Shown: positions 46,473 to 57,246, counted from the first letter of the stretch. The stretch: 64,000 bases of DNA from Methanobacteriota archaeon (GCA_963769885.1 CAVYNH010000004.1:1-64000), one strand, 5' to 3'. Program-made: numbers and translations. Notes: generated from the letters alone by a model not told the origin.

Positions 46473-47033
46473 ATGGCGTTCATCCGGACTTTCATTGCGG
46501 TGGACATCGCGTCGACGCCGGCGATGCTGGAGTTTTCGGAGGCGATCAAGAAGACCGGGGCGGACGTGAAGCTCGTCGAGCCGCAGAACATCCACATCAC
46601 GCTGAAGTTCCTCGGCGACACCGATGAGCAGCTCCTCCCAGATATCGAGGAGGTCATCCGGGACTCGGTCGTCGGCGTCCAGCCGTTCTCTGTCAGTCTG
46701 CAAGGGACCGGCGTGTTCCCGAACCGCAACTACCTCAAGGTCATCTGGGTCGGTTTGATTGCGGGTGAGCAGATGGAGACGATCGGAGGCAGGATCGAGG
46801 AGGGTTGCGCCGGGCTCGGGTTTATGAAGGAGCGACGGGCGTTCTCCCCGCATCTCACGGTCGGGCGGGTGCGGACCGCGCGCAACAAGCAGCAGCTCCT
46901 CGACGTCATCGACAAATACAAAGAGACGATGTTCGCGACGGAGGAGGTCCGTGCGGTGGCGTTGAAGCGCAGTGTCCTATCGCCGAGCGGACCGACCTAT
47001 ACAACCTTGATCTCGGTTCCCCTGGAAGGCTGA
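46473..47033 (+). CDS. thpR: RNA 2',3'-cyclic phosphodiesterase (2H family)
   Basis: RTFIAV, HITLKFLG and PHLTVGR motifs. Confidence 0.93.
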   Translation: MAFIRTFIAVDIASTPAMLEFSEAIKKTGADVKLVEPQNIHITLKFLGDTDEQLLPDIEEVIRDSVVGVQPFSVSLQGTGVFPNRNYLKVIWVGLIAGEQMETIGGRIEEGCAGLGFMKERRAFSPHLTVGRVRTARNKQQLLDVIDKYKETMFATEEVRAVALKRSVLSPSGPTYTTLISVPLEG

Positions 47034-47037
47034 GGCC

Positions 47038-47838
47038 GTGGTCGAAGCCTGGATGGTCACCCTTGGAGTACTGAACTTTGTCCTCTTGCTCATCGGCTTG
47101 TTCGTAATCCTGCCGTGGAAATGGTGGTCCGAGGTCCGCGGTTTTTCCCATGATATCCTCATTGTTCATCTGCCCTTGCTGTGCCTGATTGTCGCTGTGG
47201 TCATTGTGCAATTAATCGAGGTGAACTACCTTGACAGCCTCGCGACCGCGCTCGTTGGCCGGGATTTCACACCGGTGTTCCAGTCGATCGAGGATGGGGC
47301 GGTGCGCTGGCTGGTGCAGCACTGGTATCCGCCGCTGGTCACCGTCTGCGTTTACATATATATAGGTATATATCCTTTCACGCTGTGGTTCACCCCGTTG
47401 TTCTTCGTGCTGACCAACAACCAGCGGGCGCTGAAGACCTTCGCCGTCGGCCTCCTCTTTATCTTCGCCGTCGCCCTCCCCTTCTACCTCTTCTTTCCCA
47501 TCACCAACGTCTACACCTACTTCCACGAACCCTTCGCACTCGACTCCGTGATTCCCTCGGTCGGGCATTTCTTCTACACGACGACCACGACGAACAACTG
47601 CTTCCCCAGCCTGCACGTCGCCATGGCGCTGCTCATCTTCCTTTGCGTCACCATCACCAAGAACCGCCGGTACATCGCCCTGACCGCCGTCTCCGCCGGC
47701 GGCGTCATCTTCTCCGTCCTGTACCTTGGCATCCACTGGATCACGGACGTCATCGGCGGGACGATTCTTGTACTCCTCGTCTTCTATCTTGTGACCCGAT
47801 TCATCCGAGGCCCCCATGAACGACAACTCCGAGATTGA
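47038..47838 (+). CDS. PAP2/AUR1-like membrane phosphoesterase or phosphotransferase
   Basis: NCFPSLH and LYLGIHWITD motifs; about 7 TM. Confidence 0.85.
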   Translation: MVEAWMVTLGVLNFVLLLIGLFVILPWKWWSEVRGFSHDILIVHLPLLCLIVAVVIVQLIEVNYLDSLATALVGRDFTPVFQSIEDGAVRWLVQHWYPPLVTVCVYIYIGIYPFTLWFTPLFFVLTNNQRALKTFAVGLLFIFAVALPFYLFFPITNVYTYFHEPFALDSVIPSVGHFFYTTTTTNNCFPSLHVAMALLIFLCVTITKNRRYIALTAVSAGGVIFSVLYLGIHWITDVIGGTILVLLVFYLVTRFIRGPHERQLRD

Positions 47839-49177
47839 AAAAAAGATCCTGAAACAAATCACGCCGACTCCTACGGAAAAAAAGAAGGTCGCCAAGACCA
47901 TCCAGGACCTCACCGCCAGGGTCAACAAGGAGATTGCCAAGGCAGGCCTGCCCATCACCCCCACCCTCGTCGGCTCCACCGCCAAGGATACCTTCCTGCG
48001 AAACACCCTGGACATCGACCTCTTCCTCCTCTTCCCGCCGGCCACCCCGCGCGAGACGTTGGCCTCGGCCGGCCTGTCCATCGGCCGCGCCATCCTCAAA
48101 GACCAGGAGGAATGCTTCGCCGAACACCCGTACCTCCGCGGCACGTTCCAAGGCTACAAGACCGAGCTCGTCCCCGCGTACAAGATCACCGCCGCCACCC
48201 AGAGACTCTCCGCCGTCGACCGCACCCCCCTGCACACCCAGTACGTCACTACGCACCTCCGTGATGACCAGAAGGACGACGTCAGGCTCTTCAAACGGTT
48301 CCTCAAAGGCATCGGCTGCTACGGCGCCGAAGCCGAGGTCGAAGGCTTCAGCGGCTACCTCTGCGAAATCCTCATTCTCCACTACCACAGCTTCCACGCC
48401 CTCCTCACCGCCGCCAAAGACTGGAAACCCGGCCTCGTCCTCACCCTCACCCCACAGACCCCGCCGCCGCCCTTCCCCGGCAGCCCCTTCGTCTTCATCG
48501 ACCCCGTCGACCCCAGCCGCAACGTCGCCAGCGCCCTCTCAGAGGACACCTTCGACCGTTTCACCACCGCCTGCCACGCCTACCTCAAAAAACCCTCCAC
48601 CACCTTCTACTTCCCCAACCCCCTCAGCTTCTGGCCGCTGGACAAAATCACCGAGGAACTCGAAGACCGTAAGATCATCGGCATCCAAATCAAGAAACCA
48701 AACATCATCCCGGAGAACCTCTACCCGCAGGTCCGCAAGACCCTCCGCGCCATCCGCGAACTCTGCGACGCCTACGGCTATATGATCACCGAAGCCCACT
48801 ACATGGTCCTCGAAGACACCATCTACTTCGTCTTCCAGGCGACGACCCTGACCCTCCCGGCGACCGAGACCCACATGGGCCCCCCCGCGAACCTCCAGGA
48901 CCACGCCAAGGAATTCAAAGACAAATGGGACGCGAACCCCCGGACCGTCACCCCACCGTACCTCAAAGATGGCCGCTGGTACGTCGAAATCACCCGCGAC
49001 TACCCCACCCTCCGAGATCTCCTCACCGCCACCGTCACCAGCCTCAGCCTCGGCAAAGACATCGCAGACACCATGAAAACAAAATTCACCATTAAGGAAA
49101 AACCAGACCTCATCACCCCGAAGCTTCAAGGATTCTGGACCCAAGTCCTCGACACCAAGATGCCATGGGAATGGTAA
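47816..49177 (+). CDS. cca: Archaeal CCA-adding enzyme
   Basis: VGSTAKDT.L...DIDLF, AEHPY, SAVDRTPLH, GFSGYLCE and DPVDP.RNVA motifs. Confidence 0.96.
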   Translation: MNDNSEIEKKILKQITPTPTEKKKVAKTIQDLTARVNKEIAKAGLPITPTLVGSTAKDTFLRNTLDIDLFLLFPPATPRETLASAGLSIGRAILKDQEECFAEHPYLRGTFQGYKTELVPAYKITAATQRLSAVDRTPLHTQYVTTHLRDDQKDDVRLFKRFLKGIGCYGAEAEVEGFSGYLCEILILHYHSFHALLTAAKDWKPGLVLTLTPQTPPPPFPGSPFVFIDPVDPSRNVASALSEDTFDRFTTACHAYLKKPSTTFYFPNPLSFWPLDKITEELEDRKIIGIQIKKPNIIPENLYPQVRKTLRAIRELCDAYGYMITEAHYMVLEDTIYFVFQATTLTLPATETHMGPPANLQDHAKEFKDKWDANPRTVTPPYLKDGRWYVEITRDYPTLRDLLTATVTSLSLGKDIADTMKTKFTIKEKPDLITPKLQGFWTQVLDTKMPWEW

Positions 49178-49288
49178 GAAACAACCAGCATCCCCCCTCC
49201 TCCGATTCTCACCAATCCAAGCACATATAGATACGTTTTTATGACTTAACCGGATATGCGTATCCACGTACGTATGCACCAGGATGGG

Positions 49289-52200
49289 ATGAAACGAACC
49301 TACCAGATAGTTGTACTCAGTATTCTCCTCCTCGCACAATGTACCGCCCTCCTTTTCACGCCAAACACCCGCGCGGAGCCCACCACCCTCTACGTCGGCC
49401 AAGGCGAACTCTACACCACCATCCAGGCAGCACTGGACAACGCCTCTGACGGCTACCGCATCTTCGTCTACAACGGCACCTACCACGAACACCTCACCAT
49501 CACCAAACGCATCGACCTCTTCGGCGAAGACAACACCATCACCATCATCAACGGCAGCCACACCGGCACCCTCATCACCATCACCTCCCCTTCCGTCAAC
49601 ATCAGCCACTTCACCCTCACCACCGCCGGCACCAACACCACCGACAGCCTCATCGACATCCAAGCCGCCCACTGCATCATCACCGACAACATCCTCACCA
49701 CCGCAAACACCGGCATCCACCTCAACCACACCGGCGGCCACCTCATCTACGACAACACCATCACAGACCTCACCGGCGACGGCCTCCTCCTCAACGCCTC
49801 CAACACCAACACCAACATCAGCTACAACACCATCACCGACTGCCGCAACGCCATCCTCGCCACCAACTCAGACCACAACCCCTACTACCACAACACCCTC
49901 ACCCACAACACCCACAACGGCATCTTCCTCAACCACAGCCTCACCAGCAACACCATCCACCAAAACAACCTCAGCGACAACAACCACAACGGCATCTACC
50001 TCAACGACTACACCAACTACACCACCATCACCGACAACACCATCACCCACAACCACGACACCGGCATCGCCCTCGAAAACTGCAGCCAAACCACCATCAC
50101 CGACAACACCATCACCACCAACACCAACTACGGCCTCAAAATCATCGGCGCCCACACCACCATCACCACCAACACCATTACCGACAACCAAAAAGACGGC
50201 ATCTACCTCAGCGCCGACAACAACAACACCATCAACCAAAACACCATCACCGGCAACCACAACGCCGGCCTCAGACTCTATAACTCCACCGCCGACTGGA
50301 TCACCACCAACACCATCCACCACAACCAATACGGCATCTACCTCGACTTCTTCACCACCCACAACCTCATCTACAACAACGACCTCCACCAAAACACCAT
50401 CAACGCCCAAGACAAAAGCCTCCAACAAAACCACTGGAACACCACCCCCCTCACCGGCACCAACATCATCGGCGGCCCCACCCTCAGCGGCAACTACTAC
50501 GACACCTACGCCAACACCAGCCAAGGCGCCACCGACGCCAACCACGACGGCCTCGCCGACACCCCCTACACAATCTACGCCGACAACAAAGACGACGGCC
50601 CCCTCCTCGACACCATCCCCCCCACCCTCACCACCCCCCACATCACCCCCACCACCCAAACCCTCGGCGGCACCACCACCATCACCGTCACCACCACCGA
50701 CAACACAAAAATCACCAGCGTCACCCTCACCATCAAAACACCCACCAACACCCACCTCACCATCCCCATCACCCAAAACAAGACCGGCACCACCTACACC
50801 TGCACCCGCCGCTACCTCACCGTCGGCAACTACACCGCCAACATCACCGCCACCGACCCCCGCAACACCCAAACCTCCACCACCGCCACCTTCGCCATCG
50901 CCCCCGGCACCCCACCCACCATCAAAGACACCAGCCCCAAAAACACCACCCCCCACACTCTCTACCACTTCACCGTTAACGTCACCAGCCCCAACGCCGG
51001 CCCCGCCAACCTCACCGTCTACGCCAACTGGACCCACCACACCAAACATGCCAACACCACCCTCGCCCGCACGTCCGGCAACACCTTCACCGCCAACATC
51101 CTCCTCGACAAAAGCACCCGCAACCTCACCTACCGCCTCTACGCCCGCGACACCTGGGGCAACGCCAACCTCAGTAAAACCGCCACCGTCCGCGTCATCG
51201 ATACCCAAAAACCCCATATCCTCGTCACCAGCTACGGCCCCAGCTTCGCCATTCTCCCCGGCAGCTTCACCTTCCGCGCCCTCATCACCGACGACTCCAC
51301 CATCACCAACGCCACCATCGAATACTGGACCACCGACCAGCCCCACCGCACCGTCGCCATGGACCACCCCACCACGACCACCTACGAGAAAATCATCATC
51401 CCCGAGATAACCCCTAACCGCGTCTACTGCATCATCAACGCCACCGACGAAGCCGGCAATTACAACACCACCAAAAACCCTACCGCCAAACCCGACGGAC
51501 CCTACCGCGCCCTGGTCAATCAGCCGGTCTTGTTCAACGGCTCGCAAAGCTACGACCTCGATGGCAACATCACCACCTACAACTGGTCATTCGGCGACGG
51601 CACCACCGCGAACGGCTCCACTCTCAACCACACCTACTACGCCAACGGCACCTATACCCTCACCCTCACGGTCACCGACAACGACGGCAGGAACGGCACC
51701 AACACCACCAAGGTCGAGATCGGCACCTTCTCCGTCCACTTCATCCCCCTGCGAATCCTCACCACCCTCAACAGCCGCTACAGCCTCAGTCTCACCAGCC
51801 CCTTCTACTGCTACGATGCGAACGAAGACGGCCGCGTGGACTCATTCTACGACCCCAACAACCGACTCTACGCCGTCCACAACACTTCCGTCAACCTCAG
51901 CGGCACCGAACACTTCACCATTTCCCTAGAAGAGGACGACATCCCCGAGTTTCTCTGGAACACCAAGGATGATACCATTGAACCAATCACACATACACAA
52001 GGGACCGTTGCTGATTCCGCGGTGAACGAGGATCTGCAACAGGCGGTCCTCACCATCCATGCGGAGAAAGCCTCCTGGATCTATGTGGATGTCGCCGATC
52101 CGTATCCAACGGCGTCTCTCTCGATTACAACGGGAACACGCACGATCCCGTCCACATTGATCTGGCGGGAAGATAACCATATTCACCTATTGGATGATCC

Positions 52201-52927
52201 AGAGACATCGTACATCTTCACCTTCAATGATATCTATCCGCCTCTGGAAGCAACCTTCTCACCCCCGGAAGGCGGGATCATCGGTGAGTACTCCACGACC
52301 ATCTCCGTATCCTTCAACGCCCCCGTGATTATCCTCATGGCGACCTTCGGCGATGCAGATATCAAAAACTCTCTAGTATCCTCCGATGGAATCCATTTTG
52401 GGTACACACCGCCTTCGTACCTCGCCAACGGGACGTACTCCTTGCTTATTGACGTCCAGGCCCTCCATGGCACCCATTTCCTTTCCGCGGAGTCGGCCTA
52501 TATCTTCTTCACGTATGGAACCGTCCCGAAGAAAAGCCTGCTGGAACAAATCTGGCCGATACTCGTCCTTGGACTGATCGTCGGTGGCATCGGGAGTAGC
52601 CTCTTGGTGCTCCGAGTTAAACGGGTAACGCTTGATGGGTCGGTGTACATCCGGTCAAAGCGACTGCTGCCTTTCTTCAAGACTGTAGTCGTCGGTCCCG
52701 TCTCGGTGCACATCGATGATGCACGGCTACAGAAGGCTGAGTTCTACGTAGACGGGGCGTTGAAGCAAACCGCGACGACGTTTCCCTATACATGGCAGTG
52801 GAAGGAGAAGGCGCTGTTCAAGCACACCTTGGAGACACGGGTCTATAACGGGGAGGGCAACAGCGTCTCGACCGGGCCGGTGGATGTGTTCCTGTTCAAT
52901 CCTTATAGGGCCAGGGGAAAAGAGTAG
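49289..52927 (+). CDS. Cell-surface protein with NosD/right-handed beta-helix, Ig-like and PKD domains and a C-terminal TM
   Basis: YTTIQAALD, repeated N.I..N..GI.L, DANHDGLADTPY, PKD SYDLDG.I..Y.WSFGDG; TM helix before the last ~100 aa. Confidence 0.88.
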   Translation: MKRTYQIVVLSILLLAQCTALLFTPNTRAEPTTLYVGQGELYTTIQAALDNASDGYRIFVYNGTYHEHLTITKRIDLFGEDNTITIINGSHTGTLITITSPSVNISHFTLTTAGTNTTDSLIDIQAAHCIITDNILTTANTGIHLNHTGGHLIYDNTITDLTGDGLLLNASNTNTNISYNTITDCRNAILATNSDHNPYYHNTLTHNTHNGIFLNHSLTSNTIHQNNLSDNNHNGIYLNDYTNYTTITDNTITHNHDTGIALENCSQTTITDNTITTNTNYGLKIIGAHTTITTNTITDNQKDGIYLSADNNNTINQNTITGNHNAGLRLYNSTADWITTNTIHHNQYGIYLDFFTTHNLIYNNDLHQNTINAQDKSLQQNHWNTTPLTGTNIIGGPTLSGNYYDTYANTSQGATDANHDGLADTPYTIYADNKDDGPLLDTIPPTLTTPHITPTTQTLGGTTTITVTTTDNTKITSVTLTIKTPTNTHLTIPITQNKTGTTYTCTRRYLTVGNYTANITATDPRNTQTSTTATFAIAPGTPPTIKDTSPKNTTPHTLYHFTVNVTSPNAGPANLTVYANWTHHTKHANTTLARTSGNTFTANILLDKSTRNLTYRLYARDTWGNANLSKTATVRVIDTQKPHILVTSYGPSFAILPGSFTFRALITDDSTITNATIEYWTTDQPHRTVAMDHPTTTTYEKIIIPEITPNRVYCIINATDEAGNYNTTKNPTAKPDGPYRALVNQPVLFNGSQSYDLDGNITTYNWSFGDGTTANGSTLNHTYYANGTYTLTLTVTDNDGRNGTNTTKVEIGTFSVHFIPLRILTTLNSRYSLSLTSPFYCYDANEDGRVDSFYDPNNRLYAVHNTSVNLSGTEHFTISLEEDDIPEFLWNTKDDTIEPITHTQGTVADSAVNEDLQQAVLTIHAEKASWIYVDVADPYPTASLSITTGTRTIPSTLIWREDNHIHLLDDPETSYIFTFNDIYPPLEATFSPPEGGIIGEYSTTISVSFNAPVIILMATFGDADIKNSLVSSDGIHFGYTPPSYLANGTYSLLIDVQALHGTHFLSAESAYIFFTYGTVPKKSLLEQIWPILVLGLIVGGIGSSLLVLRVKRVTLDGSVYIRSKRLLPFFKTVVVGPVSVHIDDARLQKAEFYVDGALKQTATTFPYTWQWKEKALFKHTLETRVYNGEGNSVSTGPVDVFLFNPYRARGKE

Positions 52928-52929
52928 GC

Positions 52930-53808
52930 TTACGACGTGCTGGGGCGCAGGGGCCGGTTGTTCAGCAGGTTCATGCCTTCTTCGGTGAGCTCGATCTCAT
53001 TGTAGGAGACGTAGTGGAGCATCTCGGCATGGACGAGATTTGCAATCATGTTTTCGAACTCGTTTTTAGTAACGTGGAGGCTGGCGGCGGCGGTGTCCGC
53101 GTCCATATCCTGTATTGAGAGCATCCTGAGAAGTTCGATTTCTTTGTCGGAGAAGTTCAGCCCGGTGGCAGCGGCAGGCGGAAGTGACTCTTCCTCATGG
53201 GTGATGTGGGTGACGTAGCTTTCAATGATGGTGCCGAGGTCGAGGCGATCGAGTTCGTGGCCTTCTTTGTCGTAGAGGACGCAGGTTTTTTTAAGGGGAT
53301 CGAAATTCCAGGATCCGACGTTCTTCCAGGTGTAACCGAGGAGGCTAACGTCGTTTTCGGGTTTGATGGTTTTGCGGCGGTGCTGGCGGTGGAGGTAGCG
53401 TTGTTCGGTCTGGAGGAGGGTGAGGTCGACGTTGTAGGTTTTGAGGGCATTGACGATGTTCTCGCCTGCTTGTTCTTTGAGTTCTTTGAGGAAGAAGAGG
53501 CCGGCTTTGCCGACGAGGTCCATGTAGACGATGCGAATGATTTCTTCGATGACTCTGCCGATCTCGTTTTTGGGGGTTTGGTTGATTTCGGGGCTGACGG
53601 TGACGGTGTCGCTGGTGTTAACTTCAAGGTCGGCAACGGAGACGTGTTTGAGGAATTTGTAGTTTTGTTCGAGGGTTTTGACGATGGCGCCGATGACGGT
53701 GGCGGCGAAGGCTTGGCTGGTGCGTCGGCTAGCGACGGTGTAGACAGCGCGGAGGACCTCTCCGAGAACTTCGGCATGGGTGAGAGTGTTAGGTGTGTTT
53801 TGGGTCAT
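52930..53808 (-). CDS. Hypothetical protein with C-terminal winged-helix-like segment, coupled to the histidine kinase
   Basis: ATGA overlap with the kinase stop; C-terminal ...ELTEEG wHTH-like end. Confidence 0.7.
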   Translation of the reverse strand: MTQNTPNTLTHAEVLGEVLRAVYTVASRRTSQAFAATVIGAIVKTLEQNYKFLKHVSVADLEVNTSDTVTVSPEINQTPKNEIGRVIEEIIRIVYMDLVGKAGLFFLKELKEQAGENIVNALKTYNVDLTLLQTEQRYLHRQHRRKTIKPENDVSLLGYTWKNVGSWNFDPLKKTCVLYDKEGHELDRLDLGTIIESYVTHITHEEESLPPAAATGLNFSDKEIELLRMLSIQDMDADTAAASLHVTKNEFENMIANLVHAEMLHYVSYNEIELTEEGMNLLNNRPLRPSTS

Positions 53809-56189
53809 GGTCGTGTGACTGGGGGGTGGAAGTCGACGGTCATCTTGTGGATGTAGGGCAGTTCGATTTTGAAGACGCTGCCCTTGCCGACTTCGCTTTC
53901 CGCCCAAATCCTCCCGTTGTGTTTTCTAATGATTTCTTTGCTGATGAAGAGGCCGAGGCCGGTGCCTTCGTTGTTGCGGTCTTCGCCGGTGTAGGCCTGG
54001 TAAAATTTGGTAAAGATTTTTTTGAGTTCTTCTTTGGAGATGCCGATGCCGGTGTCGGCGACGGTGATTTCGATGGTGGTGTCGTGGTGGGTGGCGTGGA
54101 GGCTGATGGAGCCGGTGTCGGTGAATTTGAGGGCGTTGCCGATGAGGTTTTTCATGACTTGGCTGAGGCGGTTTTTGTCGGCGAGGATGTGGGGGATGTC
54201 GGGGGGGATGTTGAGGTCGAATTCGAGGTGTTTGGCGGTGATGGCGGGTCTGGCGTCTTCGGCGACTTCTTTGAGGAGTTCGGTGGTGTTGAGTTTTTCC
54301 ATGTCGAAGCGCATGGTGTCGCTGTCGAGTCTGGCGACGTCGAGGATGTCGTTGACGAGTTTGAGGAGGCGTTCGGCGTTGCGCAGGCTGATTTTGGCCC
54401 AGTTTTTGATCTTGTCGTTGGCTTCGGGGTCGTGGATGATGAGGTCGAGGTAGCCTTTGATGGGGGTGACGGGGCTGCGGAGTTCGTGGGCGGCGATGTT
54501 CATGAACTCGGTTTTGAGGCGTTCGTTTTTGCGGAGTTCTGCTTCGATTTCGCGGCGTTGGACGATGTCGCGGACGGTGCAGACGACGCCTTGGAATTCG
54601 TTGTCTTTCATGAGGGGGGCCATGTTGACTTCGATGGGGATGACGGTGTTGTCGGCGGCGATGAGTTCGAGTTCGATGTTTTCGATTTTTTCGTTGGTTT
54701 TATGGATGTCGAGGAAGAGTTGTTGAAGGAAGTAGATGGAGTCTTCGAGGAGGAAGGTGCGGAGGGGGGCGGTGAGGATTTGGTCTGTGGTGCGGCCGAG
54801 GAGGCGTTCGAAGGCGGGGTTGGCGTAGGTGATGCGGCCGAGAGCGTCGGTGGTGAAGACGCCGTCGGCGCTGGTCTCGGCGAGGACGCGGTAGCGTTCC
54901 TCGGATTTGACGAGGTCGTCCCAGACTGTGTGGCGGTCGGTGATGTCTTCGATGGTGCCGACGATGGCGTGGGGCTGGTGTTTGGGGTCGAAGAGGACGA
55001 CGCTGGTGTTGCTGAGCCAGCAGTAGTCCTTGTTTTTTTTCTGGAAGCGGAATTCGAAGGGCTGGGGCTTGTCTTTCTTGGCTGCGTAGGTGCTCTGTTC
55101 TTTTATTTTATTGAGGACGGTGGCGCGGTCGTCGGGGTGGAAGTGGTCGATGATGGTTGCAGAGGTCCAGGCGAGGATTTCGTCGGGGGGGATGCCGAGG
55201 ATGGTCTGGGTTGAGGGGCTGACGTATTCGAAGGTCTGTTTTTTGAAGTTCATTTTGTAGAGGATGTCGTGGGAGTGGTCGAGGACGGTTTGGAAGCGGC
55301 GTTGGCTGTCGGTGAGGTCTTTGATGGCGTTTTTGTACGGGGTGATGTCGGTGCAGGTGAACATGAGGTGGCGGGGGATGCCGAGGGGGTCGTCGATGCG
55401 GGTCCCGGTGAGTTGGAGGGGGATGAGGGTTTTGTTTTTTCTGATGCCGGTGGCTTCGCCGGTCCAGTGACCGGTGGCGAGGACGTCAGCGCTGAGGGGC
55501 GTCTTGTTCTTGGTTTTAATGAGGGCGTCGATGTGTACGGAAGTGAGGTCGGTGAGGCGCTCGTAGCCCCATTGGTGTTGGAAGGCGGGGTTGGCGTATG
55601 TAAGGGTGCCGTCGAGGGTGGTGAAGGTGATGGCGGTGGGGGTGACGAGGATGGCCGCCTCGGCGAGTGCGCCGGCTGCTTGGTGTGGGCCCTGGGTGGT
55701 GGTCGTGGGGTCGGGTTGGCAGTGGATGAGGTAGCCGTGGGTGTCGGTGGCGGTATGGATCTTGGTGACGGTGAGGGTGGCGGGGATTGGTGTGGATCTG
55801 CCGGTGTGGAGTCGTGTCTGGTAGGTGGCGCGGGTGTGGGGTTGGGTGGTGATCTGGGTCGCGGTCTGTTTAGAGTCTGGGGCGAGGAGATGGTCGAAGG
55901 GGAGCAGGAGGAGGTCGGTGCGGTTGGTGTGGAGGAGTTTCTGGGCGGCGGTGTTCCAGGAGATGATGCGGCGGTGGTCGTCGAGGAGGAGGGTGGGGGT
56001 GGGGGCGTTGTCGAAGAGGATTTTGAGGATTTGTTGTTCGTCGGAGCCGTTGAAGCTGCCGAGGATGGGAGGCTTGTGGTCGGTGGGCTCTGCCTGGATG
56101 GCGGGGGGGCTGGTGGGGCGTCTGCTGGGGAGTCGCCCTGCTCGTTCTTCTGCTTGGAGTTCTTCGACGATGGCTGGTACCTTTCTCAT
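53805..56189 (-). CDS. Cytoplasmic multi-PAS sensor histidine kinase
   Basis: About 4 PAS/PAC domains; H-box AAHELRSP, N-box NLIGNALKF, DTGIGI and GTGLGL. Confidence 0.95.
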   Translation of the reverse strand: MRKVPAIVEELQAEERAGRLPSRRPTSPPAIQAEPTDHKPPILGSFNGSDEQQILKILFDNAPTPTLLLDDHRRIISWNTAAQKLLHTNRTDLLLLPFDHLLAPDSKQTATQITTQPHTRATYQTRLHTGRSTPIPATLTVTKIHTATDTHGYLIHCQPDPTTTTQGPHQAAGALAEAAILVTPTAITFTTLDGTLTYANPAFQHQWGYERLTDLTSVHIDALIKTKNKTPLSADVLATGHWTGEATGIRKNKTLIPLQLTGTRIDDPLGIPRHLMFTCTDITPYKNAIKDLTDSQRRFQTVLDHSHDILYKMNFKKQTFEYVSPSTQTILGIPPDEILAWTSATIIDHFHPDDRATVLNKIKEQSTYAAKKDKPQPFEFRFQKKNKDYCWLSNTSVVLFDPKHQPHAIVGTIEDITDRHTVWDDLVKSEERYRVLAETSADGVFTTDALGRITYANPAFERLLGRTTDQILTAPLRTFLLEDSIYFLQQLFLDIHKTNEKIENIELELIAADNTVIPIEVNMAPLMKDNEFQGVVCTVRDIVQRREIEAELRKNERLKTEFMNIAAHELRSPVTPIKGYLDLIIHDPEANDKIKNWAKISLRNAERLLKLVNDILDVARLDSDTMRFDMEKLNTTELLKEVAEDARPAITAKHLEFDLNIPPDIPHILADKNRLSQVMKNLIGNALKFTDTGSISLHATHHDTTIEITVADTGIGISKEELKKIFTKFYQAYTGEDRNNEGTGLGLFISKEIIRKHNGRIWAESEVGKGSVFKIELPYIHKMTVDFHPPVTRP

Positions 56190-56291
56190 GGTCCTCTAGC
56201 TAGGGTGGTTGGTCAGTATGGATCCCATCCGGTGTGTGTCCCGTGCCTGCATCCCGTGGCCGGGGGTGTTGGTAAGGTGGTGTGAATCGGG

Positions 56292-56654
56292 TTATCCTTT
56301 TAAAATCTTGTCGACGCGTTGGAGGAGGGTTTCTTTGTCGAAGGGTTTCATGATGTAGTCGGCGAGGCCTTCGTCGAGGAGGACTTGTTTGCGTTTGTCG
56401 GAGATCTCCAGGACGCTCATGAAGGCGACTTTGATGCCCTGGTTTTTTTTCTTGATGCGGTTGAAGACGTCCCAGCCGCTCATGCCGGGCATCATGATGT
56501 CGAGGAGGACGAGGTCGACCTGTTCGCCTTCCAGCTTGCGGAGGGCTTCTTCGCCGCTGTACCAGGGTACGACCGTGTAGCCGCCGAGTTCCAATACTGT
56601 GCGCGTGAGATCGACGATGTCGGGTTCATTGTCGACGACCATGATTTTTTTCAT
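56292..56654 (-). CDS. Single-domain response regulator (receiver)
   Basis: IMVVDNE, LLDIMMPGMSGW and YIMKPF motifs. Confidence 0.95.
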   Translation of the reverse strand: MKKIMVVDNEPDIVDLTRTVLELGGYTVVPWYSGEEALRKLEGEQVDLVLLDIMMPGMSGWDVFNRIKKKNQGIKVAFMSVLEISDKRKQVLLDEGLADYIMKPFDKETLLQRVDKILKG

Positions 56655-56790
56655 GCATCCGTCTCCTCAGGGTCGTAAGCCTCTGTGCGGTATAAGAACG
56701 TATCGTTTTTCCCCCCTGACCGCGAGCCGGTAGTAGCCGGGGGGAAGAAAAAGTATAAATCTGGCATCGCCGATATGACAGGCTGTTGGG

Positions 56791-57246
56791 ATGGGACCCA
56801 TGGAGCATGTACCAATCCTTCTTTCGCTCGGCGTTGAAAAAGATGCGCAGACCAACGAGTTGGTCCTGCAGGTGATTTTCCGTCACGATGCCGTGAACAT
56901 CGGGGTGACGAAGTCTGCGTTCACCTGGTATCCTACGGCGGAGGAGCTGCAGTTTCTGAACGAGGCTTTCGCGATGTTCAAGCGTCCCAGCGAGGCCGCG
57001 CCTGCGCATGAGCATCATCCGACGATCGGCAAGGATCCATCGATTCGGGACACCGCGACGGACGAGGAGATCCACGCGGCGGTTGTCGCCAAGAAAAAGG
57101 AGGAAGACCAGGATCAGGTCCTCGTCCAAGTCGACGACACGCTCATCGACGAGGCGATCAAGCGGCGTAAGAGCACGGACGAGCCTCCCAAGACCACGGA
57201 GGAGTCCCTCGTCGACCGGCTCACCCGAAAAAAGAAGACCGCTTAA
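56791..57246 (+). CDS. Hypothetical protein
   Basis: TATA-like box at ~56751; 151-aa ORF with a charged C-terminus. Confidence 0.65.
   Translation: MGPMEHVPILLSLGVEKDAQTNELVLQVIFRHDAVNIGVTKSAFTWYPTAEELQFLNEAFAMFKRPSEAAPAHEHHPTIGKDPSIRDTATDEEIHAAVVAKKKEEDQDQVLVQVDDTLIDEAIKRRKSTDEPPKTTEESLVDRLTRKKKTA

Noticed and set aside
49400-50450. Apparent tandem repeat or CRISPR-like array (recurring ACCATCACCGACAAC)
   Set aside because: It encodes beta-helix repeats of the NosD-like protein; there is no constant repeat-spacer structure and no cas gene.
49311-51547. Long alternative-frame and antisense ORFs (Pro/Thr/Ser-rich or Val/Gly-rich), and many similar ones across the window
   Set aside because: They are shadows of real genes; extreme third-position C bias removes stop codons from other frames.
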